From contig JAFTBM010000035.1 of the NCBI GenBank assembly GCA_017455205.1, forward strand, positions 2,933 through 66,932: DNA of 64,000 nucleotides, given 5' to 3'. Under the pieces are notes generated by a model. The model saw nothing but the letters and a program-made list of their open reading frames with translations, did no database searches and was not told the DNA's origin. Shown here in pieces: positions 7,585-16,583 of this stretch; position 1 is the first letter of the stretch, and every line of letters starts with the position of its first letter. This DNA comes from Bacteroidales bacterium (lineage in GTDB: Bacteria; Bacteroidota; Bacteroidia; Bacteroidales; P3). The position numbers were made by a program, and so were the translations under genes.

Positions 7585-10500
7585 ATGAAAAAGCAGAAGA
7601 AACTGATATTGGCAGTGGTCGCACTGCTGTGTGCAGCGGTGGCGGCAGCACAGACGCCGCAGAGTTTCACCTATCAGGCCGTGGTGCGCGATGCACAGGG
7701 GCGGCTGGTAACCAATCGCGAAGTGGGGGTGCGCCTCACCATCCTGCAGGGTACGCCTTCGGGCACTGCCGTCTACGCCGAGCACCGGCAGGTGGCGACC
7801 AACGCCAATGGCCTTATCGCCACTACGGTGGGCAACGCACAGCGTATCGATTGGCTGCATGGCCCCTACTACCTCCGCAGCGAGATTGACCCCAACGGCG
7901 GCACCAACTATACCCTCACCACCACGCAGCAGCTGCTCGCCGTGCCCTACGCCATTCATGCCCACATGGTGGACACAGTCCTCCCAGGACAGTTCACCGA
8001 GACCGACCCGCTCTTCTCGGCGTGGGACAAGGACTACTACAGCCTCACCAACCGCCCAGTGCTCTTCAGTGGCGACTACAACGACCTCACAGGTCGGCCT
8101 GTGCTTTTCAGCGGCAGCTACAACGACCTCACCGACAAGCCCGTCATCCCCACAGTGCCGACCGCCGTCTCCGCCTTCACCAATGATGCTGGCTACCTCA
8201 CCTCCTACACCGAGCAACAGACCCTCGCCGACGTGGTGGCTCTCGGCAACGCGGCAGGCGACCAACTGAAGGACGTGAGCGACCCCACCGACCAGCTCGA
8301 TGCCGTCAACCTGCGCACCTTCGATGCCGCTGTGGCCAATATCACCCGTCGTTTCGACTCCATCCTCGCCATCCAGTGGCGCATCATCGACTCGATCGGC
8401 GGTGCCTCTCCCGAACCACCGCAACCCTGCTATGGCACCACCTATAGCGACACCACAGCCGTGGTGGCTGGCTCGTTCACCTGGCACGGCATCCGGCACA
8501 CCGCGAGCGGCGACTTCCAGCACACCTACACCACCCCTGGCGGCTGCGATTCCATCGTAACGCTTCACCTCACCGTCTCGCCCCTGCCCACCGAACCCTT
8601 CACTGCCGAAGGAGCCACGCGTGCGCTCTTCTCCATCTCCAGCACGCAGCAGGTGGGTATAGCGCGTGGCAACTTGCAGCACAATGCCTCCCTCGGCACC
8701 CACTCCACTGCCGAGGGTGGCACCGCCCCTGGCACTTGGCGCTTCGCCCCTAACCAGTGGGACACCGTAGGCATTGCCAACGTCAACGCCTCTAGCACCT
8801 ACGATGGCTGGATAGACCTTTTCGGCTGGGGTACCAGCGGCTGGAACAGCGGAGCCAACTGCTACCAGCCTTGGAGCAACTCCACCGACTACACGGACTA
8901 CTACGTCGGTGGTAGCGACGTCAATGAACTTTACGGCACCTATGCCAATGCCGACTGGGCCTACTACAATGCCATCTCCAATGGCGGCAACGCCCCGGGA
9001 ATGTGGCGCACGCTCACCCAGGTAGAGTGGCAGTACATCTTACTCTACCGCAACGCATCCACCCTTGGCGACATCGATAATGCCCGCTACACCACAGGAT
9101 CGGTCTGCGGTGTCTATGGCCTCATCCTCTTTCCAGACAGTTATATCCATCCCGGCGAAGTGGCCATTCCCACCGGCATCAACAACATCGCCAGTGCTGG
9201 TTGGTACGCTAACGCTTACACCGCCGACCAGTGGGCACAGATGGAGGCTGCTGGATGCGTCTTCCTCCCGGCGGCAGGCTACCGCTACGGACAGTACATA
9301 TATAGGATAGGGTTCGGTTGCGAATATTGGCTGACCACTCACCGCAGTAACCTCGACGCGAATGCATTCTTTGCCACCGCGAGTTCCATCTCAGCCAATG
9401 GCGTCATCGAGCGCTACGCTGGCCTTTCCGTCCGCCCGGTGCGCGACAATACCAGCCTCACCTCCTGCAACACCACCACGGGCGACACCACCGCCTCGGC
9501 CACAGGGAGCTTCACCTGGCGCGGCACCACCTACACCGCCACGGGCAACTACACTAAAACCCTCACCAACGTCAGCGGCTGCGACTCTGTGGTTACGCTC
9601 CACCTGACCATCACCCCAAGCAGCGTTCCTGCAGGCTTCGTCGACCTCGGGCTACCCAGCGGGACGCTGTGGGCTGAGTGCAACCTCGGTGCCACCACAC
9701 CCGAAGGAGCAGGTAACCACTACGCCTGGGGGGAGGTTACCACGAAGACTTCCTATCTTTGGACTACATATCGCTACTGCAACGGCAGCAACAGCACCTT
9801 GACCAAGTATTGCGACATCGCCAGTTACGGCAATAGCGGCTTCACTGATACTCTGACCACACTGGAAATCATGGATGATGCCGCCACGCAAGCTTTGCGC
9901 AACGGGACACACACTCCTACCGAAGCCCAGTGGCAAGAACTGATGGACAATACCACAGCCACTTGGACGACTCTAGGTGGCGTCTATGGTCGCCTCTTCA
10001 CTGCCGCCAACGGCAACTCAATCTTCCTGCCTATCAATGGTTCTGACACTATTGGCTACTACTGGTCTTCATCGTTGTGTAAGTATGGAAGACCTGACTA
10101 TGCCAAAAGCATCCACTTCAATTCGGACTATCAATCCTTGTACACCTGTTCTCGCAGCTTAGGGTTTGCCGTCCGCCCAGTGCGTTCCAGCACACCCACA
10201 CCATGTGTTACCACCTATGGCGACACTACGGTTACGGCTTCTGGATGCTTCGCGTGGCGCGGTATCTGCCGCGATGCCAGCGGCGACTACCGCGACACGC
10301 TGGCTAACGCTGCTGGCTGCGATAGTGTGCTGACACAGCACCTGACCATCACGACAGCGCCGGCACCGTTCAGTACCACATGGGTTGACCTCGGGCTACC
10401 GAGCGGCCTGCTGTGGGCGGAGAGCAACCTCGGTGCCACCGTGCCCGAAGGCTATGGCAACCACTACGCCTGGGGCGAGATTGTCCCCAAGTGTAACTAT

Positions 10501-10947
10501 AGTTGGAGTACCTACCGCTACTGCAATGGGAGCGAAACTACCTTGACCAAGTATTGCAGCTATTCGAGTTTCGGCTACAACGGCTTCACCGACAACTTGA
10601 CCACGCTCGAAGCCATCGACGATGCGGCCACGCAGGCTCTCGGCAGCGGGGCGCGCACGCCCACCAGTGCTGAGTGGCAAGAACTGATGGACAACACCAC
10701 CGCTACGTGGACTACCCGCAACGGCGTGTATGGACGTCTCTTCACAGCTACTAATGGCAATAGTCTCTTCCTACCCGCCGCTGGTATACGTGATGGATCG
10801 TCGCACTACAATGCTGACTTCGGCGGCTACTACTGGTCATCTTCGCTCAGTACGGACTTCTGCTTCGGTGCGGGAGGACAGTCTGTAAACAACTATCACC
10901 GCTTTTACGGCTTCTCTGTCCGCGCGGTGCGTGCCAGTCAGAACTGA
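7585..10947 (+). CDS. Giant surface protein 1 (about 1,120 aa): Ig-like N-domain, tail-fibre-like segment, Cys-bounded repeats, FISUMP/DUF1566-like lectin-type domains; no T9SS CTD
   Basis: Start taken at MKKQKKLILAVVALL (signal). Contains SAFTNDAGYLT and DPTDQLDAVNLRT motifs as in phage tail fibres. Three C...GCDS(V/I)VTLHLT modules. Two WVDLGLPSG.LWA..NLGA...YYWSSSL...FSVR.VR domains. Confidence 0.85.
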   Translation: MKKQKKLILAVVALLCAAVAAAQTPQSFTYQAVVRDAQGRLVTNREVGVRLTILQGTPSGTAVYAEHRQVATNANGLIATTVGNAQRIDWLHGPYYLRSEIDPNGGTNYTLTTTQQLLAVPYAIHAHMVDTVLPGQFTETDPLFSAWDKDYYSLTNRPVLFSGDYNDLTGRPVLFSGSYNDLTDKPVIPTVPTAVSAFTNDAGYLTSYTEQQTLADVVALGNAAGDQLKDVSDPTDQLDAVNLRTFDAAVANITRRFDSILAIQWRIIDSIGGASPEPPQPCYGTTYSDTTAVVAGSFTWHGIRHTASGDFQHTYTTPGGCDSIVTLHLTVSPLPTEPFTAEGATRALFSISSTQQVGIARGNLQHNASLGTHSTAEGGTAPGTWRFAPNQWDTVGIANVNASSTYDGWIDLFGWGTSGWNSGANCYQPWSNSTDYTDYYVGGSDVNELYGTYANADWAYYNAISNGGNAPGMWRTLTQVEWQYILLYRNASTLGDIDNARYTTGSVCGVYGLILFPDSYIHPGEVAIPTGINNIASAGWYANAYTADQWAQMEAAGCVFLPAAGYRYGQYIYRIGFGCEYWLTTHRSNLDANAFFATASSISANGVIERYAGLSVRPVRDNTSLTSCNTTTGDTTASATGSFTWRGTTYTATGNYTKTLTNVSGCDSVVTLHLTITPSSVPAGFVDLGLPSGTLWAECNLGATTPEGAGNHYAWGEVTTKTSYLWTTYRYCNGSNSTLTKYCDIASYGNSGFTDTLTTLEIMDDAATQALRNGTHTPTEAQWQELMDNTTATWTTLGGVYGRLFTAANGNSIFLPINGSDTIGYYWSSSLCKYGRPDYAKSIHFNSDYQSLYTCSRSLGFAVRPVRSSTPTPCVTTYGDTTVTASGCFAWRGICRDASGDYRDTLANAAGCDSVLTQHLTITTAPAPFSTTWVDLGLPSGLLWAESNLGATVPEGYGNHYAWGEIVPKCNYSWSTYRYCNGSETTLTKYCSYSSFGYNGFTDNLTTLEAIDDAATQALGSGARTPTSAEWQELMDNTTATWTTRNGVYGRLFTATNGNSLFLPAAGIRDGSSHYNADFGGYYWSSSLSTDFCFGAGGQSVNNYHRFYGFSVRAVRASQN

Positions 10948-11080
10948 CCTTGTTCTGTTCCGTTTACGCAGAACGGGCAAGTCCTCGGAGGAATGGTTGG
11001 CGTTGGGCAACAGGGAGTACGGAGTGCGAACCCCACGCAGGCGGCTTCTCCACCAAAGAAACGAAAACACTACAAAAAAA

Positions 11081-14000
11081 ATGAGAACAAAATATAGTCT
11101 CTTGCTGATGGCGATACTGGCCGTCGCCACTACCCTCCCGGCACAGGTGCCGCAGACATTCGTCTACCAGACGGTGGTGCGCGATGCCGACGGTCGACTG
11201 GCCTCAGGCCGCCAGGTGGGCGTACGCGTTTCCATCCTCCGCGGGTCGGCAACGGGCACTGCCGTCTACACCGACCAGCAGCAGGTGCAGGCCAACCGAA
11301 GTGGCCTGATTACCCTCATGGTGGGCAGCCAGCAAAAGCCTCTCAACGGCATCAACTGGGCCAGTGGCTCCTACTACTTCCGCTGCGAGGCCGACCCAGA
11401 CGGCGGCAGCAACTACAGCCACAGCGAAGTGCACCAGCTGCTTGCTGTGCCTTATGCCATCCTTGCCCGCACGGTGGACAGCATAGGCCACGACCAGTAT
11501 GCCGAGCGCGACCCGCTTTTCCTCGCTTGGGGCAAGAATTATCTCACACTCATCAACCAGCCCACGCTCTTCAGCGGGCGCTACGCCGACCTTCGCAACC
11601 TGCCTACGCTCTTCAGCGGTAGCTATCTTGACCTCACAGACACGCCTACACTCCCCACCATTCCCACCCTCATCTCCGCCTTCACCAACGATGTGGGCTA
11701 CATCACCTCCTACACCGAGCGGCAGTCGCTTGCCAGTGCCGTTACCCTCGGTAACGCGGCAGGCGGCCAGTTGAAAAGCGTCAGCGACCCCATCGACCCG
11801 CTCGACGTGGTCAACCTCCGCACGCTTGACTCCTCGCTCAACAGCATCAAGCAGCACTACGACTCTGTGCTCTCGCGCCGCCAGCGGGTACTTGACTCCC
11901 TCCTTGCCGCCACCTGCTTCACCACCTACGGCGACACAACTGCCATTGCTTGTGGAGGCTTCACGTGGCTTGGCCACTCCTACACCTCTTCGGGCAACTT
12001 CTATCAAGTCATCACCAACGCCGCTGGCTGCGATAGCATCGTCTCCCTCCACCTCACGCTCCACCTCAACCGGGTAACGGCCACAGTGCAATGCGAAAGC
12101 TACACGTGGAGCGATGGCACTGGTCAGACCTACACCACCTCCGGCGACTACACCTTTACTCACACCAACACTGACGGCTGCACACAGGTGGACACGCTGC
12201 ACCTGACCATCAACTATCCAGCACATACTGCCACAACAGCAATCGCGTGCGGAGACTATGCTTGGCATAGTCAGTCGTATACCTCTTCTGGCACTTATAC
12301 CTATACTCATGCTGACGGCAACGGCTGCACGCAAGTAGACACTCTCCACTTGACCATCAACCATCCAGCACACATTGCCTCCACTGCCACCGCCTGCGAT
12401 AGTTACACTTGGACATCGGCTACTGGCACCACTTATACCGCCAGTGGCAATTACCTCTACTCCCACACCGATGGCAACGGCTGCACACAGGTGGACACCC
12501 TGCACTTGACTATCAACAACCCGATGCATGCTGCCCTCACGCAGGCTTCGTGCGAGAGCTACACGTGGACAGCTGGCAACGGCACCACCTATGCCAGTAG
12601 TGGCAACTACACCCACAACCATACCGATGCCCACGGCTGCACACAGGTAGACACCCTGCATTTGACTATCAACCATCCAGCACACACCGCCCTCACGCAG
12701 GTCGCATGCGAGAGTTACACGTGGAGTGCTGGCAATGGAAATACTTACACTTCCACGGGCCACTACACCCATAGCCACACCGATGCCCACGGCTGCACGC
12801 AGGTAGACACCCTGCATTTGACTATCAACAGCATCGTCAGCACAGCCACTACCGAGGCCGCATGCGAGAGTTACACGTGGACGGCAGGCAATGGAAATAC
12901 CTATACGTTCAGCGGTCACTACACCTACAGCCATACCGATGCTAACGGCTGCATACAGGTGGACACACTGCACCTCACCATCAACAATCCAGCACACGCT
13001 GTCTCCACTGCCTCCGTCTGCGATAGTTACACTTGGACTGGCGGCAACGGCAATACCTACACGGTCAGTGGTCACTACACCTACAGCCATACCGATGCTA
13101 ACGGCTGCATGCAGATAGACACCCTGCACCTAACCATTAACCAAAGCAGCATAAGCGATGCCACTGCCACTGCCTGCGAAAGCTTCACCTGGCACGGCAC
13201 CACCTACACTGCCAGCGGCGACTACTTCGATACGCTGACCAACGCCGCAGGTTGCGATAGCGTGCTGACCCTCCACCTGACGCTCCACCCCTACACGAGA
13301 GGCTTCGATGCCAATGGTGCCTCGCTCTCCTCCTTCTCCGTGGCTGCAGGACGTACGGTGCACTTCTCGCGGGGCAACTTGCAATACAATGCCGCCCTCG
13401 GCACCCACGCCACCAACGGTGGCGGGACGGCACAGGGCACATGGCGCTTCGCCCTCCACCAGTACGACACCATCTGTTCCAATAACCGCAGTGCATCGTC
13501 CTCCTACAACGGATGGATAGACCTCTTCGGTTGGGGTACATCGGGGTGGAATAGTGGAAACACCTACTATCAGCCGTGGTGTACGGCCAGCGATGTATGG
13601 AGTCAATATGGTCCCGCTGGCGACTATGACCTCACGGGTATCTATGCCAATGCCGACTGGGGAGTGTATAACGCCATATCCAACGGAGGCAATACTCCTG
13701 GGCAGTGGCGCACGCTCACCGCCAACGAGTGGCAATACCTGTTCAATACCCGCCCCGCTTCCACCCTGAACGGGACAACCAATGCACGCTACGCCAAGGC
13801 TTCGGTAGCCGACATACACGGAGTGATACTCTTCCCCGATGCCTATAGTCACCCCTCTAGTGTGCCACTGCCCGCAGGCATCAATGCCACAGGCAATGCT
13901 GGATGGAACAGCAATAGGTACACAGCTGCCAACTGGACAGCAATGGAAGCCGCTGGTGCGGTGTTCCTGCCCGCCACGGGCTATCGTATTGACGATATGA

Positions 14001-16537
14001 CTGGCGAGTCGGGAGAGGGCGTGCACTATTGGTCGGCTACATCGGGAGGCGATTCCTACGCCTACCGAGCCTCCATAAGGTCTTACTCCTTTGATGCAGC
14101 CTATAACGGCGGCCGCCTTGATGGGATTGCAGTCCGCCTAGTGAAGGCCGATGTGATCCCCTGTACCACCACCTATGGCGATACATCGGCCACGTCGGCG
14201 GGCTGCTTCAATTGGCACAGAGAGTGCTATCCCACCAGCGGCGACTACCGCGACACCCTCACCACCACCGCCGGCTGCGATAGCGTCGTTACCCTCCACC
14301 TCACCATTACCCCGACACCAACGCCGACCACCACCACATGGGTAGACCTCGGCCTTCCCAGCGGCCTGTTGTGGGCCGAGTGCAACCTCGGTGCCACCAC
14401 ACCCGAGGGCTATGGCAACCACTACGCTTGGGGTGAGATTATTTCCAAATGTAACTATAGTTGGGGTAACTACAGCCACGCCAACGGCGATTGGGACAAA
14501 TTGACCAAGTACATCCCCGGCGGCGATAACTTGGTTACGCTGGAAGCGATGGACGATGCTGCCACGCAAACCCTCGGCAGCGGTGCGAGAATACCCACCA
14601 AGGACGAGTGGCAGGAGCTGGTGGATAACACCACTGGCGCTTGGACGACTCGCAACGGCGTGAATGGCTATTTTTTCACTGCCGCCAATGGAAACAGCCT
14701 CTTCCTGCCCGCTGCGGGTGAGTGGTACGGCTCCTACTACAACACCTACTACGCGAATGGTATTGTGGGAACTTACTGGTCTTCTTCGCTTGATGAGACC
14801 CTCGCGACCAATGCGTGGTTCTTCTCCTTCTTCTATGCTGATGGCACAGAGATAAGCTCAGCCTCTGAAGTCTACGGCAACCGCGACGACGGCTTCTCCG
14901 TCCGTGCGGTGCGTGCTGGTACAACCGTTCCTACTTGCACCACCTATGGCGATACGGCGGCAACGGCGGCGGGCAACTTCAACTGGCACAGGGTGTGCTA
15001 CTCCGCCAGCGGCGACTACCGCGACACCCTCACCAACGCCGGCGGCTGCGATAGTGTGGTAACGCTGTACCTCACCATAACTAATCCCCCAGCCACCGTC
15101 AGCGGAGAACTCCCTGGTCTTTTCTCGGTAGCCGATGGGCGCAAGGTCAAGTTCTCGCAAGGCCACCTGCAGTTCAACGCCACACAAGGTACACACACCA
15201 CAAACGACTGCAGCATAGCTCAAGGCACGTGGCGTTTCGCTTCCACTCAATACGACACTTGGACAACCGAAGATTCTGCCTGGATTGGCACTTTCTGTTG
15301 GGGAACAAGTGGCTGGAACAGTGGAGCCAACCGATATATGCCCACCGACACCAGCTCTTCCGCAACCGACTTCTATCCTGGCGGGTCATACACTAACGAC
15401 CTGACAGGAGATTATGCCAATGCTGACTGGGGAGTCTACAATGCCATTAGCAATGGCGGCAATGCTCCTGGGCTCTGGAGGACCTTGACCTACGAAGAAT
15501 GGCGATACATTTTCGCTACACGACAGGATGCTTCGAGCAAGTTTGCTTTAGGCTTGATTGACGGCATTATCGGACTGATAATCCTGCCAGATGATTTCAC
15601 CCTACCCGAAGGCTGTTCCTTTACCCCTGGCTCCTATTCGACATACTATAACGGCCTCTACCTTGGTAGTGCCTCTAACAATAGCTATTCGCTTGCTCAA
15701 TGGTCGGAGATGGAGGCTGCAGGTGCGGTCTTCTTCAAGGGCGATAGTTATGACCATCATCCCCCCTATTGGTCTGCGTCGCATTATACTGGGACTTACG
15801 GGGGGGGCGATATCCCGATGAAGGCCACCCGTCTTGCTTTTAACCATGACTACATGACCTGTAGCGACGGTAATTTCCGTAACGACCCATCTGCCGTCAG
15901 GCTTGTGCGAGATGTGGAGGACACCCCCGCAGGCTTCGTTGACCTCGGCCTTCCCAGCGGCCTGTTGTGGGCCGAGTGCAACCTCGGTGCAACCACGCCG
16001 GAAGGCTACGGCAACTACTACGCCTGGGGCGAGACATCTCCTAAAAGCACCTATGATTGGAGTACCTATGCCTATTGCAATGGTAGTTACGGCACCCTGA
16101 CCAAGTACTGCGGCTTCTCAGGTTACGGCTACAATGGCTTCACTGATGCCCTGACCACGCTGCAGGCGATGGACGATGCCGCCACGCAAGCCCTCGGCAG
16201 TGGCACTCGCACTCCCACTGCCGATGAGTGGATAGAACTGCTGAACAACACCACCGCCACATGGACCACCCGCAACGGCGTGTACGGTCGCCTCTTCACT
16301 GCTGCCAACGGCAACTCTATCTTCCTGCCCGCCGCTGGCTACCGCTATGGCTCGTCGCTCACGGGCGACGGCAGCAACGGCTACTACTGGTCGTCGTCGC
16401 TCAACGAGATCTACCCGAGCGGCGCATGGTGCTTCGACTTATTATATTTCTATTCCAGCTACCAGCTCATGTACTACTACGGCCGCCGCGGCGACGGATT
16501 TTCCGTCCGAGCGGTGTGCAGCTCCAGCCTCCCGTAA
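11081..16537 (+). CDS. Giant surface protein 2 (about 1,818 aa), paralogous architecture with an expanded Cys-repeat array; no T9SS CTD
   Basis: Start taken at MRTKYSLLLMAILAV (signal). The upstream part of ORF 10931.. is unlikely to be coding. The N-terminal Ig-like and tail-fibre motifs match protein 1, with 9 tandem Cys-repeats, 2 large X domains and 2 FISUMP-like domains. Confidence 0.85.
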   Translation: MRTKYSLLLMAILAVATTLPAQVPQTFVYQTVVRDADGRLASGRQVGVRVSILRGSATGTAVYTDQQQVQANRSGLITLMVGSQQKPLNGINWASGSYYFRCEADPDGGSNYSHSEVHQLLAVPYAILARTVDSIGHDQYAERDPLFLAWGKNYLTLINQPTLFSGRYADLRNLPTLFSGSYLDLTDTPTLPTIPTLISAFTNDVGYITSYTERQSLASAVTLGNAAGGQLKSVSDPIDPLDVVNLRTLDSSLNSIKQHYDSVLSRRQRVLDSLLAATCFTTYGDTTAIACGGFTWLGHSYTSSGNFYQVITNAAGCDSIVSLHLTLHLNRVTATVQCESYTWSDGTGQTYTTSGDYTFTHTNTDGCTQVDTLHLTINYPAHTATTAIACGDYAWHSQSYTSSGTYTYTHADGNGCTQVDTLHLTINHPAHIASTATACDSYTWTSATGTTYTASGNYLYSHTDGNGCTQVDTLHLTINNPMHAALTQASCESYTWTAGNGTTYASSGNYTHNHTDAHGCTQVDTLHLTINHPAHTALTQVACESYTWSAGNGNTYTSTGHYTHSHTDAHGCTQVDTLHLTINSIVSTATTEAACESYTWTAGNGNTYTFSGHYTYSHTDANGCIQVDTLHLTINNPAHAVSTASVCDSYTWTGGNGNTYTVSGHYTYSHTDANGCMQIDTLHLTINQSSISDATATACESFTWHGTTYTASGDYFDTLTNAAGCDSVLTLHLTLHPYTRGFDANGASLSSFSVAAGRTVHFSRGNLQYNAALGTHATNGGGTAQGTWRFALHQYDTICSNNRSASSSYNGWIDLFGWGTSGWNSGNTYYQPWCTASDVWSQYGPAGDYDLTGIYANADWGVYNAISNGGNTPGQWRTLTANEWQYLFNTRPASTLNGTTNARYAKASVADIHGVILFPDAYSHPSSVPLPAGINATGNAGWNSNRYTAANWTAMEAAGAVFLPATGYRIDDMTGESGEGVHYWSATSGGDSYAYRASIRSYSFDAAYNGGRLDGIAVRLVKADVIPCTTTYGDTSATSAGCFNWHRECYPTSGDYRDTLTTTAGCDSVVTLHLTITPTPTPTTTTWVDLGLPSGLLWAECNLGATTPEGYGNHYAWGEIISKCNYSWGNYSHANGDWDKLTKYIPGGDNLVTLEAMDDAATQTLGSGARIPTKDEWQELVDNTTGAWTTRNGVNGYFFTAANGNSLFLPAAGEWYGSYYNTYYANGIVGTYWSSSLDETLATNAWFFSFFYADGTEISSASEVYGNRDDGFSVRAVRAGTTVPTCTTYGDTAATAAGNFNWHRVCYSASGDYRDTLTNAGGCDSVVTLYLTITNPPATVSGELPGLFSVADGRKVKFSQGHLQFNATQGTHTTNDCSIAQGTWRFASTQYDTWTTEDSAWIGTFCWGTSGWNSGANRYMPTDTSSSATDFYPGGSYTNDLTGDYANADWGVYNAISNGGNAPGLWRTLTYEEWRYIFATRQDASSKFALGLIDGIIGLIILPDDFTLPEGCSFTPGSYSTYYNGLYLGSASNNSYSLAQWSEMEAAGAVFFKGDSYDHHPPYWSASHYTGTYGGGDIPMKATRLAFNHDYMTCSDGNFRNDPSAVRLVRDVEDTPAGFVDLGLPSGLLWAECNLGATTPEGYGNYYAWGETSPKSTYDWSTYAYCNGSYGTLTKYCGFSGYGYNGFTDALTTLQAMDDAATQALGSGTRTPTADEWIELLNNTTATWTTRNGVYGRLFTAANGNSIFLPAAGYRYGSSLTGDGSNGYYWSSSLNEIYPSGAWCFDLLYFYSSYQLMYYYGRRGDGFSVRAVCSSSLP
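11915..13291 (+). repeat. Coding tandem repeat array, period about 147-156 bp, 9 units (7 near-identical core units 12092-13174)
   Basis: The unit C(E/D)SYTW..G.G.TYT.SG.YT..HTD..GC.QVDTLHLTIN....... is repeated. The DNA core GGCTGCACACAGGTGGACACCCTGCA recurs with few changes. Confidence 0.9.
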
Positions 16538-16583
16538 TCAAATACTCCAAATCAGTAAATCATCTCAAAAGTAATAATTCATC

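Noticed and set aside
7492-13129. Long antisense ORFs inside the fibre genes (7492..8703, 11204..13129). Similar shadow ORFs occur elsewhere (17160..18347, 41695..42903, 44680..45837, 46742..48205, 51845..53749)
   Set aside because: All lie opposite or out of frame to ORFs with clear domain content. They have Gly/Ala/Val/Arg-rich shadow composition and no signal or motif features.
7585-16537. Diversity-generating retroelement acting on the lectin-like domains
   Set aside because: No reverse transcriptase or accessory gene is present in the window. There is no template/variable repeat pair with adenine-specific differences. Similarity between cassettes looks like ordinary paralogy or gene conversion.
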